Assembly (NCBI GenBank): GCA_963796965.1
Contig: CAWCNS010000005.1
Span: 160,001 to 224,000 of the forward strand
Length of the DNA: 64,000 bases
Direction: 5' to 3'
Source: Calditrichia bacterium
GTDB lineage: Bacteria; Calditrichota; Calditrichia; JAJRVZ01
The notes under the pieces were generated by a model that saw only the letters and a program-made list of their open reading frames with translations, ran no database searches and was not told the DNA's origin. This document shows, in pieces, positions 35,684 through 47,246 of this stretch. Both the position numbers and the translations under genes were made by a program. The first letter of the stretch is position 1, and each line of letters begins with the position of its first letter.

Positions 35684-37099
35684 CTAATAGGCTCCATCTC
35701 CTATTAAAACAGCGGGTATCGTTTTTATTAATATCTTAACATCAAGGAATAAATTCCAATTGTCAATATATTTAAGGTCGAGTTTCATCCACTGGTCGAA
35801 ACTTATGTTATTTCTACCAGATATCTGCCATAAACAGGTAAGTCCCGGACGCATTGATAGCCGTCTTCTTTGCCACGTCTCATATTTGTTGACTTCCTCT
35901 GGCAAGGGTGGGCGTGGGCCTACGATACTCATTTCTCCTTTAATGACGTTCAGAAATTGCGGCAACTCATCCATGCTGGTTCGACGTAAGAATTTACCAA
36001 TCGTAGTGATTCGGGGATCACTTTTCATTTTAAAGACAGGGCCATCAATTTCGTTTTTACTTGATAAATCAGATTTTAATTGTTCAGCATTGTCAACCAT
36101 TGTTCTAAATTTATACATCTTAAAAACCCTGCCGTTCAATCCACAGCGCTCCTGAATAAAAAGCACAGGACCCGGCGAGGATATTTTAATTAAAAGGCTA
36201 ATTAAAATGAGTGCAGGTGAAAAGATAATCAGGTTTATTCCTGAAAAAGTAATATCAAATATCCTTTTTAATATTATAGGCAATGCGAAGTCGGGTGTCA
36301 TTGAAAAAGCCAATAACGGCATTCCATAAAGATTACTTATTCTTGATTTCCCTAATACAAGATTGAAAAAGTTTGATATAAGAATAATCGAAATCCCCAA
36401 TTCCTCGCAAATTTCGATAACATATTGCAGGCGTGATAATTTACTTAGGGGGAATGAGCATACAACCTCATCGATGGGATGCTCCATTAATATTTCTCTT
36501 AAATTCTCCAATGTACCACTTATTTTATAGCGTCTATCTCTTTTATCAATTTCACCCGCATTGTTATATATAATTCCCATGATATGAACACCCCATATAT
36601 CGTGAGTATTAATGCGCGATATGAATTCTTCAACTTTGTAACCATCGCCAATAATTAGTGTATTTTTCTTAAAAAATCCCCTTTTTATATAATATCTAAA
36701 AATATAAATGATGATATATCTACTAATAATTATTAATAATAGCGATATGAAAAAATATAAGAGTATGAGCAATCTACTAATGCTGTGAAATTTGAATAGA
36801 AAAAAAACAACTAACAGAGAAAGAATAATAATTACATTTATTTTTAATGAATTTAAAAATATAGTTTTAAATCTTTTGTAGCGTAATCGGTAAATATCAA
36901 AATTACTTGCCCAAAAATAATAACAAAACGGTATGAGAATTAGAGTAATCCATAACTCTTCTGGAACCCATATTCCTGCATATTCGGCTGGTAATAAATA
37001 TTTTTTTATGATATATGCTATATAAAATGCTACTAGATTGGCTAAACTATCAAAAGCGATAGTTAATTTCTTTAGTAGTTCTTGTTTTTCTATAAACAT
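35684..37099 (-). CDS. Undecaprenyl-phosphate priming sugar transferase (WcaJ/CpsE-like)
   Basis: N-terminal TMs, KRIFDI, YKFRTM, DPRIT, DELPQF, GPRP and RPGLTCLWQ. Confidence 0.95.
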   Translation of the reverse strand: MFIEKQELLKKLTIAFDSLANLVAFYIAYIIKKYLLPAEYAGIWVPEELWITLILIPFCYYFWASNFDIYRLRYKRFKTIFLNSLKINVIIILSLLVVFFLFKFHSISRLLILLYFFISLLLIIISRYIIIYIFRYYIKRGFFKKNTLIIGDGYKVEEFISRINTHDIWGVHIMGIIYNNAGEIDKRDRRYKISGTLENLREILMEHPIDEVVCSFPLSKLSRLQYVIEICEELGISIILISNFFNLVLGKSRISNLYGMPLLAFSMTPDFALPIILKRIFDITFSGINLIIFSPALILISLLIKISSPGPVLFIQERCGLNGRVFKMYKFRTMVDNAEQLKSDLSSKNEIDGPVFKMKSDPRITTIGKFLRRTSMDELPQFLNVIKGEMSIVGPRPPLPEEVNKYETWQRRRLSMRPGLTCLWQISGRNNISFDQWMKLDLKYIDNWNLFLDVKILIKTIPAVLIGDGAY

Positions 37100-37549
37100 G
37101 ATTCTATATCTGTCAAATTATTTTATATCTATCTTTAAGATTCATGGGGAGTTATTTTGTCTTGCCAGGTAACAGCTAATATTCTATTAAATTTTTAGAT
37201 TCTGAGGTTAAAATGGTCTGCAATTTGATTGTAATTCCTCTACACAATAGATATAGACTAAAATAATTAATCTGGATTAACAAAGAATTCATAAATCTAT
37301 GGATAATTGCAGGTATGACTTTTCTGGTAAGGTAGACGATTGTCGGATCTTTAGATAATTGCTTTAGACAAGATAAGCGAAAGGTGGACTAATACTTGAG
37401 TTAAGGTAGGTAGCCGATTGTTGAAACCGATGAGAATTAGAACTTTTTCCATCAATTCTATGTCGTCTATTTTAATGATTGCGACTTATAAGATTGAAAT
37501 CTTTATATATTTTAGGCTTATAAAAGCTACCCGTTTAAAACTATAAGAT

Positions 37550-40045
37550 TTAAGAATTTACATTATCCTTATTCTCATATCCGTATCCGTATCCGTATCC
37601 ATATTTATATCGATGTGACATTTGATTGACATCTCCGGAGTTAACTATAAATCCCAGAATGTTCATATTTGCCTCTGTCAATGATTCAATCCCCAATTGT
37701 AAAACTTCTTTAAATGTGTGATCTGGCCTTATTAAAAGAACTACATCCTTTACAAAATTTCCAAGTACCAAAGTATCAACAATTTTGGTAACGGGCGGTG
37801 TATCTATGAGTACAAAATCATACAAAGGAGAAACGATATCTATTAATTCTTTCATTCGAGGTGAGTCAAGAAACTCGCTAGAATGTTCTATTATCCCGCC
37901 AGCTGGTATGAGATTTATAATACTCAAATTACTCTCAATTTCTGATTTTGGTTTTACTACAACAGGAGTGATAATATCAGAAGCATTAACTAAATGGGAG
38001 CCATTGTTATTGGCTAAGTAGTGAGTAAGACCTTGAGTATCTTTAGGAATTTTTAAATATTTTGCCATCGCTGATTTTCTAAGATCACAATCAATAATCA
38101 GCACTTTTTTATTGGCTCTGGCTAAAGTCAAGGCATAGTTTGCTACAACTGTTGTCTTCCCTGTATCCTCTTCACAGCTTGTAACAATTAGAGTATTCCG
38201 ATCATTACTAAGTAACTGATTTAATCGGGTCCTCAATAGTCTATATGACTCACGAAATGCTGGCTGATCATCCATGAGAGTTACAAATGGTTTCTCATTA
38301 TCAATTACATCATTAATTCTATTTATAAGATCCTTATCATAATTAGGAAAGATGGCTAGAATTGGCAATGAAAATCGTTTCTCAATTACATCTATGTTAG
38401 AGATTTTTTTATTAAAGAATTCTTGAATAAATACGCCGATAATAGCAATTATTAAACCTAAGAATGCGCCAAGTACAAGCAACAGCCTTTTTTTAGGGGC
38501 AACAGGTCTAAATGGAATATGGGCGGGATCAATGACAACTATATCCTGAAGTTTTGAATACTCAGCAACTCGTAATTCTTCTCTTTTACCTAATAGAAGG
38601 GTATACATTTTCTCGTGTACTGTTTGATTCCTCATTAGTTCAGCCAATTGAGATGCCTGCTCTGGCAATGATGCTAATTCAGAATTATTCTTGTTCATTA
38701 ATCTTGTTAAATTTTGTCTCTTTTTCTCTAATGTGCTTATAATTATTTTATAGGATGTTATAGTATTTTTATTATATTCGGTGAGTTTCTCTTTAATTTG
38801 GCTAATCTGTTGATTTATAGCAATAATCTCTGGATGATTCTCTTTACGTTTTTGTAACAATTCAAGTCTTTGTAGTTCGGCGTTTGACAACTGCGTTAAA
38901 AGGGCTGAAAATGGGGATCGTTCATTACTAACGTCCTTTCCTGGTGTTAAATAAGTTTGATCAATATATCCCTTCTCATTGACTTCGCGTTCAATTTCGT
39001 ATAATTCATTTCTATATTGTGTCAATTCAAGTTCTGTTTTTCTTTTTTCTGCTTCAATCTGGCCCGAAGATCTAATTAAATCTCTTGAACTCTCATCCAA
39101 CATAACTATTTGGTTATCTTTCTTATACTGGCTTAGTTCTTGCTCAGCTTGTTTTAATTTAAGAGAAATATCCTTCAACTGATTATCAATAAAATTGAAT
39201 GAATAATGTATGATTTGACGTTTCTGTTCAAGTCGGGCTTCTCTGAATTTTTCTGCTGTAGTATTAGCAATAAGTTGTGCCATATAGGGAGATTTAGATT
39301 TTGCTGAAATATTTAGTAAATTTACTTTGCCTTCTTTGAAAATAGTTAATTTGTCTCTCAGGTCTTCAAGTGCAATCTCAATATTATTTACCTTAATAAA
39401 TATCACAGATTCTTTTTTTGTAGACGGCCAATTGAGATAAAATTGCATAAATGGCAATTCAATTTCAATATTTGGATAATATTTTGCATCATAAATTAGT
39501 TCATCGGTGGAACTATCAAATACCTGGACTATATTGTCTTCTGATTTACGTATGTGGTATGAACCTCCCAAAAATTCTTGGTTGATGGATATATTTGAAA
39601 ATTTCGGATAATTTTTATACTTGATCTTTGTATTTAATTTGTGATTGTATTCGCTTAGTTTTAGATCAATTATTTCTTCTTCGTCCTGGGCATGTTCGAT
39701 TTTAACAACTGATATAAGTAAGTCAAGATCGCTAATAACTTTATCTAATACAGTCCTTGTCATTATCATTTCCATTTCTGTACCAAGTTCATCTAGGCTC
39801 TGATAGGCAAATCTTTTTTCGAATTCATCGCCTGAACTTTTACCTCCGCTAGTGCTTTCCTTCTTTAAGATAACTGTAGATTCATAGACAGGGTTCGTAA
39901 TAAGTATATATATAGTGACGACAGTTAATACAGATAAGACTGGAAGTATTAGAGAAAATTTCTTTTTTCTAATAATTCGAAATATATTAAATATATCAAT
40001 ATCCTCAACCTTATCAATTTTATTTCTATCATTTTGATTGAACAT
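37550..40045 (-). CDS. wzc: Wzc-type chain-length regulator / BY tyrosine kinase
   Basis: Two TMs around a coiled-coil periplasmic region, Walker A GKTT, IDCDLRK, LIDTPP and a C-terminal YKYGYGYGYGY cluster. Confidence 0.93.
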   Translation of the reverse strand: MFNQNDRNKIDKVEDIDIFNIFRIIRKKKFSLILPVLSVLTVVTIYILITNPVYESTVILKKESTSGGKSSGDEFEKRFAYQSLDELGTEMEMIMTRTVLDKVISDLDLLISVVKIEHAQDEEEIIDLKLSEYNHKLNTKIKYKNYPKFSNISINQEFLGGSYHIRKSEDNIVQVFDSSTDELIYDAKYYPNIEIELPFMQFYLNWPSTKKESVIFIKVNNIEIALEDLRDKLTIFKEGKVNLLNISAKSKSPYMAQLIANTTAEKFREARLEQKRQIIHYSFNFIDNQLKDISLKLKQAEQELSQYKKDNQIVMLDESSRDLIRSSGQIEAEKRKTELELTQYRNELYEIEREVNEKGYIDQTYLTPGKDVSNERSPFSALLTQLSNAELQRLELLQKRKENHPEIIAINQQISQIKEKLTEYNKNTITSYKIIISTLEKKRQNLTRLMNKNNSELASLPEQASQLAELMRNQTVHEKMYTLLLGKREELRVAEYSKLQDIVVIDPAHIPFRPVAPKKRLLLVLGAFLGLIIAIIGVFIQEFFNKKISNIDVIEKRFSLPILAIFPNYDKDLINRINDVIDNEKPFVTLMDDQPAFRESYRLLRTRLNQLLSNDRNTLIVTSCEEDTGKTTVVANYALTLARANKKVLIIDCDLRKSAMAKYLKIPKDTQGLTHYLANNNGSHLVNASDIITPVVVKPKSEIESNLSIINLIPAGGIIEHSSEFLDSPRMKELIDIVSPLYDFVLIDTPPVTKIVDTLVLGNFVKDVVLLIRPDHTFKEVLQLGIESLTEANMNILGFIVNSGDVNQMSHRYKYGYGYGYGYENKDNVNS

Positions 40046-40191
40046 TATAACAATCCTTGGTTATAACTGTTTAGTAACTTTATCTGTCTAAATCTGGTTT
40101 AATTATGTAACACTATTTTTTAGGTAAGAAATATATTAAATGCATTTTATCTAAACACATTTATCCCTAATTGCTATTATCCAAATTATTT

Positions 40192-40801
40192 TTACCTTGT
40201 CACCAAGGCCACTATAGCGACTAATAATCCTGCTGCTGAAATCATAAGTGCAGCATTGCTAGATGCACCCCATTTTCTTGAAACAAAAACACGATCACCG
40301 GATTTTAAATAAAAATCTGTTTCCTGTTCCGTATCTTGCCCTTCAATCAAATTTTCCGCATCAAAAACAAACTCTTTGTCACTTCTCTCAACGTAAACTT
40401 CACTCATATCCGAATCGGCAGTTTCCCCTCCTGCAAGAGCGATTACATCTAACAGCTTTTCTACTCCAGTTACAAAGTACACCCCAGGTTTTCTTACCTC
40501 TCCTAATACACTTATTCTGAAGAGCGGTAAAATAATTAATTCAACTCCGCGATACAGTGAGTCGTATTTTGCTTCTACCTCAGACTTTATAAGACTGAAA
40601 TCCTTCTTATTTACATCTATCATTCCTATATATGGCAATTGTAAAATACTTTTATGTTGAACAAAAAAATCGCCAGATATTTCTTCAGCCGGTAATATTG
40701 TAAAAAGAGATTCTGAGACCGTCACCAGGCTGAAGTATTTGGGCTTTTGCTGATAGGATGAATAGAAATAGGATTAGGGTGAAATATAATTTTTTTTTCA
40801 T
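40192..40801 (-). CDS. wza: Polysaccharide export protein (Wza/OPX-like, SLBB domain); frameshift near 40690
   Basis: Signal peptide from ATG 40801 (MKKKLYF...AKAQILQPGDGL), LPYIG, VLGEVRKPG, ALAGG, LKSGDRVFV and a C-terminal hydrophobic helix. Confidence 0.82.
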
Positions 40802-41004
40802 TTTCTCTCTTTTTCATTAATTTTATTTTTGTTGTCAAAATATATAGCTTCGCCACGTCAATTACATAAAAAAATAAATCTTAAACTTTTTTAGTAAGAG
40901 ATTGGTTATAAAAATGCTGCCAGTTATAACGTCTAAAATATGATATTGGACCGTCAAGTTGTTTGATGCTAATGTGATAATTATAATGCCATCATTTAAA
41001 TCGT

Positions 41005-41744
41005 TTAATTAGAGTTATTTAAATTTCTCCAGCATTCTCCATGTCTTGATTTAAAAGATCCTGCTATAATTGGCGATATATTTATAATTCAAAATTTTGC
41101 AAATATCGCTGTGGTTTATATTTGTTCGAAAGTAAAAGCTCTGATTCGTAATGATTAAATAACCTTTGCTTGAACTCCCTGAAGTTTATTCCAAATTGAG
41201 ATTTAAATTCTGCGCGAAAATGACTTTGTGATATATTTAGATACGTGGATAATTTTACTTGTTGTACATTCAGTAACGGGTTTGTTCTCTAAATACTTTA
41301 TGATTTTTTTCGCCCGTGGCGAGGTAATATCATTTGAATTTAGGATATATCCTTCAGGTATTCGTTTCCAGTGATGTCCCCAGAGTCTGCCCTAAGTATT
41401 CTTTTAGATTTTTTTTACGATCCACTCCCACAATACATGAATTAATTCCTAACTCAGAAAGTTTGAGAAATTGTTGATTAACCAAATGTGAATTGTAGTA
41501 TATGATATATGTCCAAGGATTGTTTCTGCGGATAATACTTAGATCTTGTAGTGACTGTCTGATTGATAGGAGCCGTATAAATCAGATAATGCAAATCAAT
41601 GTTTCTATCGTCTGGATTAATTTTTTCTACATGATCCTTTTGGACATCATGAAGATGTAAATCCCAACCACCAAGACTGGATAAAGATTGCATTAATTCC
41701 GTGATATGATTTCCCCCATCGGAGCATATCATGGCAGTGGGCAT
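41005..41744 (-). CDS. AraC-family transcriptional regulator with degenerate receiver-like N-terminus; about 5 frameshifts, mostly missed by ORF track
   Basis: Stitched translation: ...IIRRNNPWTYIIYYNSHLVNQQFLKLSELGINSCIVG...HWKRIP...KLSTYLNISQSHFRAEFKSQFGINFREFKQRL...SDICKILNYKYIANYSRSFKSRHG. This gives two AraC-type HTH motifs. Confidence 0.72.
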
Positions 41745-42111
41745 GTGACCCCCATTCAAGGATATGAGTATAGATTTGAGCGACCTAAAATAGATAACGA
41801 AACTAGACGAAATAATATCAAATGCGAGGACGATAATTATTTGTATAATAGTAAACGCAAAAGTATAATTGCAAATATTTTAAAAATAAACTTATCAAAA
41901 GCGATGAGAAATATAGGAATAAATCTAAAGAATTCGGGAGTGTCATTATAATAACTTACGAAGAATAAAAGTTATTGTTACTGATGACTTATAAAATTAT
42001 TTGAAAGATACTCCTATTCAGTATTATTTTTTGTCAATTTTACGTTGTATTAGAATTGTCCCTCTGCACATTTCAAATACGAAGTTATGTTTATTTGAAA
42101 TTTAAAAGTGG

Positions 42112-42726
42112 TTAATCGATTTTTTCAGGATAATATTCCTGGTAGTAATCAATAAGAGTAGAACGAAGCTCTGAATAATGCATACTCAGGTTTTTTTTTA
42201 TCTCCACCCTGATAATATCTTTACTTACGTTAAGTTGTCGTGATAACTGATCCAGATTGGCAAGGTTAATATCTGTTCTTTCCAGAATTTGGAACAATTT
42301 TGCAATCAGTTTGGATCCTTGAACTTTCTGAAAACCTAATTTAGATATCGGTATTTTGCGCCAATAGTTTGATTTTAAAAATTCAAGTTGTCTGCTGAGT
42401 ATGCCATTTTCCTGCTCACCAGCAATTATGTAATCAAAGAGTAAAAATACGGATGAGTCAATATCATCTTCGACCAAATAGTCATAACTGTAAATTTTAA
42501 AGAAATTTAAAAATTTTTCCTGCATACCATCAAGCCAATTCTTAATATCTGCCGGCGGTAAACAAAAAATAAAAAATCCCTTAAAACCTTTAGTATCAAA
42601 TTCTCTGTAATTCGGTTTTTGAATGAATAAAATCATCACATTTAATATGCTTCTCTTCGAGGGCATTAACTAAATGCTTTAAAGTGGGCTCTGTTTTTTG
42701 CTTACTATGATGACCTTAGGGCTCAT
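42112..42726 (-). CDS. Paralogous regulator: degenerate receiver-like domain plus a single AraC-like HTH
   Basis: Stitched N-terminus MSPKVIIVSKKTEPTLKHLVNALEEKHIKC. YWRKIP and LDQLSRQLNVSKDIIRVEIKKNLSMHYSELR align by eye with the neighbouring gene. Confidence 0.6.
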
Positions 42727-43103
42727 AAAATTCCATTGGTTATTCACTCAATCTATATTTACGAAATGATAAAAAAAAATATTTGATTTAAGTCACATCA
42801 TTTTTGATTAATTTCTATCAAAATGCAAAAAGTTAAGAGTGAAACACGATGAGGGTGGAGGGATTTTCCCGAAGGGATGCCTATGGCAAGGGTGAGTTCT
42901 TTAAATCAAGTCCCAATGTTGGGAAACTAATCAGATCATTTGATATTACAGTGTTAATTAATAGATATCTAAATCTTAACCGGACACTTTTGAATAAGGA
43001 TAAGATGTAAACCAGTATAATATGGCGTCGACTGAATCTTAGGTAAAAAGAACTTTGGGGTGTAATATATTGTAAAACAGGAGGATAGGGTGTGTCACCA
43101 TTT

Positions 43104-44208
43104 TTATCCCATGTACCGGAGTAATACTAAAGACAAATCATCATTTGGAGGTGCATCACCCATGAAATTCTCGACTGCATTTAAGACTTTCAATCCAGCC
43201 TTTTCCGCAGTCAGATCATTAAGTTCGGATAACAACTCTCTCAGACGTTCCTCACCGAAAAAATCACCCTGCTTATTACGGGCTTCAGTAAGACCATCGG
43301 AGTAAACCAAAAACAAATCATTCTTCTCCAGGGTGAGTGCTTCTTCCGGAAATTGTCAATTCGGGCATAATACCTAACGCTGGTGCACCCTTCTCCAATT
43401 CATAGATATCATTTCGTTTAATATGAAATGGAGGAAAATGTCCGGCATTGACAAATCGTAATTTGTTTGAGTTGGTGAGTATTTCAATATAGAGTAAGGA
43501 GGCAAAACGGCTGGGGAGGCTATCCCGGTAAAAAATGGAATTAATTTTTATAGCCAGATTGCTTAATAAATCAAAGTCTGGTGCCAATGCCCTCAGGGTT
43601 GATTGTAATTTTGCCATTAACAAGGCAGCAGGAAGTCCTTTTCCGGCAACATCGCCAATGGCAATCCCGTATCTGTTACCGTTTAACTTCATATAATCGA
43701 CCAGATCACCGCCAACATCATTTGCTGGTCTGGTAAATAACCAGACATCCCAGCCGGGAATTGAAGGCGAGGGATCTGGAGCGAGTGCTTCCTGAATTGA
43801 TCTCCCTGCTTCGAGTTCTTCCCGTGCAAGCAGTTTATCTTTTAATTCAAGTAGGATAATAAACAAAAATATCATGGCCCCTATAATGATTTTGCCACCG
43901 GAGGAGTCATTTGAATTGTTAGCAGAAAATACGAAATAGAGAGCAAGGAGAATTAAAACACGTCGATATGAAGAAAGACGGAGAATAAGACTCTTGAATA
44001 GCCAGGGGACTAAATAAAAGCCCTTCCGGAACCAATTCATCTTCTCAAGTCGCTTCTCACGATTTTGATCTAAAAAGTATTCACGTAGATCGTGGACTCC
44101 TAGTTTAAATTGTCTAAAAAACTCTCCTGAAAATAAATCAGAAATAAATCGACCCAGATCATTAAAGATCGTCTTGAATAGTTTTGGTTCTTCTTTATTT
44201 GATTCCAT
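43104..44208 (-). CDS. PP2C/SpoIIE (RsbU-like) Ser/Thr phosphatase with N-terminal TM segments; frameshift near 43345
   Basis: VGGDLVD, IGDVAGKGLPAALLM, NAGH, YSDGLTEA and DDLS. Confidence 0.92.
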
Positions 44209-44449
44209 TTGCCCTCATTTAAGTAAGAATATTTTCACAATCAGTGATACGCATGTAATAGCAATTTGTTGTGAAGAAAATTAAAACTGAAAAGGGAAGT
44301 GGGTAACAACTATAAAATAGAAAAACAAGATGAACAAGGTACAAGGAAATTGGGATTAAATTGAAAATTGAAGAGTGAAAATTGTCAATAGGATTTCAGT
44401 GGGCAATAATATAGAATAAAACTTGACATCCTTCATTCAAAACGCCAAT

Positions 44450-44477
44450 TACCCTATACCCTATACCCTATACCCTT
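44450..44477. repeat. Heptamer tandem repeat (TACCCTA)x3 plus TACCCTT
   Basis: Read directly from the sequence; lies upstream of the riboswitch. Confidence 0.8.
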
Positions 44478-44542
44478 TGCTTTTAAACAATATTCTTTGC
44501 AATTGATCATCTCACCTCTTAAATTCAAAATGTTCAAAAATA

Positions 44543-44724
44543 AATCTTAGTGAACGGGAAGCGCGGTGAAAATCCGCCACTGCCCCGCAACTGTAATGGC
44601 TGACGAAACCTCTATAATGCCACTGCCCTGAAACTGAGGGTTGGGAAGGCGAGGTTAGTAGAATGAAGCCTAAGTCAGGAGACCGGCTGAGATTGATGTT
44701 CCTTACAATACCTTCGCGGGAAGG
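44543..44724 (+). ncRNA. Cobalamin (B12) riboswitch
   Basis: GGGAAgcgcGGTGAAAATCCgccACTGCCCCGCAACTGTAA, GCCACTG...GGGAAGGC and the B12 box AAGTCAGGAGACC. P1 is aatcttag/ctgagatt. The P13 hairpin ccttcgcgggaagg has a loop complementary to L5. It precedes a TonB receptor. Confidence 0.96.
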
Positions 44725-44751
44725 TTGGAATATGATACGTCCGCCCATCAT

Positions 44752-44787
44752 CCCAATTTTCCCTGAACTGAAAATTGGGTTTTTTTA
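44752..44787 (+). terminator. Intrinsic terminator (riboswitch expression platform)
   Basis: cccaatttt-N10-aaaattggg followed by a T run. Confidence 0.8.
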
Positions 44788-47055
44788 TGGGGTTTCGCAC
44801 AAATATATTCCCACGCACCTCCCTGGCAAGTGATCTTCCTATTGATCTCTTCTCACTCCGGCATTGTAATAGATATTTGATTATCCTCTTCCTTGTTTTT
44901 TGCGCACAACAGGTGGCATTTGCTACTGCAGATTCTATGGCTACTATTTATGGAGAGGTTAAAAATGCAACCTCTGGTGAACCTGTCCCGGGCGCGGCTA
45001 TCTTTGTCGAACCTGGCAATCTTTTAGTAGAATCAAATAAGGATGGTCAATTTGAAGTAGGGTATCTTCAGGCCGGCCTGTATCATATACTCATTCAGAG
45101 AATTGGTTATTTCCCGGAACGCCGTCAATCGATTAAGTTAATTCCTGGTGATAAGAAAAGAGTCGATGTAACATTAAAAGAAAAAATAATCGAAGGGTCA
45201 GATCCGATTGTTGTTACCGCGCGTCGCAATCCATTAACCACTATGGACATTCCCTATAGTAAAGATGTTGTCTCAACTGAACAATTAGATCTGCAAAATC
45301 CCCTAAACCTCTCGGAGGCCTTGAAGAATATTCAGGGTACGTTTATAAAAGATTATGGCGGCCTTGGTGATCTCAAAACCATCTCTTTGCGTGGATCAGG
45401 CGCAGAACAGGTGTTGGTTATGCTGGACGGCCAACGCTTGAATAATCCGCAAACGGGTCAGGTGGATCTTAGCGCTTTAAGATTGGACGGCATTGAAAAA
45501 ATTGAAATACTTCGTGGTGGAAGTTCGGCTATGTATGGTTCCGACGCCATTGGAGGTGTTATAAATATTCTTACTAAAAAGGAAGTAGAAGCCGAGGGAA
45601 TAAATGCAGAATTAGAAGTACTTGGGGGATCCTTCAATACACAATCGATTGATACAAAATTAGGCTTTCATTCTGATTGGGTAGCTGCTTCATTGGGTTA
45701 TCGTAATTTAAAGAGCGATGCTAATTTTAGTTATCGGGATGTCCATGGAAATGAGACAAAAAGAGAAAACAATGATGTTATCTCAGAAAACCTATTTGCT
45801 GATCTTAACTTTAAATTGAAAAGAAAACCGACGGCTTTAGATCTAAATATTTCTTACAAATATTATAATTCTGAGCATGGCAGTCCGGGCACAAGTGAAA
45901 TACCCTCAATGACGTCGCGACAATGGGATACCAATCACCAGATGCAGGGACAAATCAGCGGAGATATCTTTAACCCATTGCACGATTTTCGCTTACAGGT
46001 TTATATGCATCAAAATAAAACTGCTTATAAGAATGATGATGGACTTGTACCGGTTGATTCCGAATTTAAAAGTGGAACCAATGGTATTGAGTATAATATG
46101 GAGTCCATACTTTCTTCCCAAAACGCATTAGTTTATGGGTTGGGTTTAAGACAGGATCAGATGGAGAATCTTCAAATCGATATCAATCATAAACGAAATT
46201 CAGTATTTGGTTATATTCAGGACGAAGCGACAATTATACCAGAAAAAGCAAATTCTCCGATTTCATTAATTCTCATCCCAGCCCTCCGATTTGATAATTT
46301 TTCTGATTTCGGTGCACATTGGACCCCCAAATTTGGTGGAATTCTCAACTATGGCCATCATTGGCAGACAATGATCAAATTTAATATGGGAATGAGTTTT
46401 AGATCTCCAACTTTTAATGAACTTTATTGGCCTGCGGACCTTTGGTCGAGGGGGAATCCTGATTTAAAACCTGAAAAGGGAATTGATTGGGATGTGGGAT
46501 TTAATCTGAGATATCCTGTTTTGGAAGGCCTGGCTTTTGATATTGTTTATTTTGATATGCGAATGCAAGATCTGATCATTTGGCAACCGGTTAATCAGAT
46601 TTGGAAACCAGAAAATATTGCCCGCACTTAGAAATAGAGGGATTGAGATCAGTTCTTCATTACGATTACTATCAAAGAGTCTTAAACTGAGTGGAAATTA
46701 TACCTGGCTTGATGCCACCAACCAGTCCGATATCCCTGCCCTGAAGAATAAATTTTTGGTCTACAGACCAAAACATACCTTTAATATTTCTATTTATTAT
46801 ACATGGAATTCTCTTGATTTTGGTATGGATTACCGATATGTGGGGAAGAGGTATACAAATCCTGCAAATACTATCTACCTGGAGTCATATCAGGTATCTG
46901 ATTTAACGTTACGATGGCAGAAAAAGTATGCAGACTGGCAGCCAGGGATTCAATTTCAGATTAAAAATATCCTGAATAGTGAATATGAAGTCATTCGGTA
47001 TCAGCCCATGCCAGGGAGGGAAATACGAATCGGCTTGACGATCAGATATAATTAG
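44775..47055 (+). CDS. btuB: TonB-dependent cobalamin receptor, BtuB-like; frameshift near 46625
   Basis: Carboxypeptidase-regulatory-like N-domain, plug (SLRG...VLVMLDG, IEILRGGSSAMYGSDAIGGVINI), GNPDLKPE and C-terminal PGR. It lies under the B12 riboswitch; exact start is uncertain. Confidence 0.88.
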
Positions 47056-47103
47056 CCTGATCTATGCATACCGCAGCAATGCTGTAATCAAATATTTAAA
47101 AAT

Positions 47104-47246
47104 ATCTCTCGCAGCGGCGCAGCGACGCAGAGAAAAATTATTTTAAAATTTTAAAAAAAGAGACTTTATCTTAAGTCAAATTACATAATATTTACATAAA
47201 TCATTTTAATAATACACCTTTGCGTCTCTGCGTCTTTGTGAGAGAT
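47104..47246. repeat. REP-like imperfect inverted repeat built from ~8-nt units
   Basis: atctctcgcagcggcgcagcgacgcagag (47104-47132) pairs with ctttgcgtctctgcgtctttgtgagagat (47218-47246) around an AT-rich spacer. Confidence 0.7.

Noticed and set aside
37578..37600. (TATCCG)n tandem repeat
   Set aside because: It encodes the YGYGYGY tyrosine cluster of Wzc on the minus strand and is not an independent repeat element.
40905..40925. Sigma-54 promoter upstream of wza (TGGCAGC on minus strand)
   Set aside because: The conserved GC at -12 is absent.
41478..41759. Alg14/CpsF-like glycosyltransferase fragment (CSDGGNHITEL resembles SxGGH)
   Set aside because: Downstream frames continue into an AraC-type HTH protein, so the similarity is probably coincidental.
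44512..44751. 79-aa minus-strand ORF
   Set aside because: It is antisense to the cobalamin riboswitch and has no protein features.
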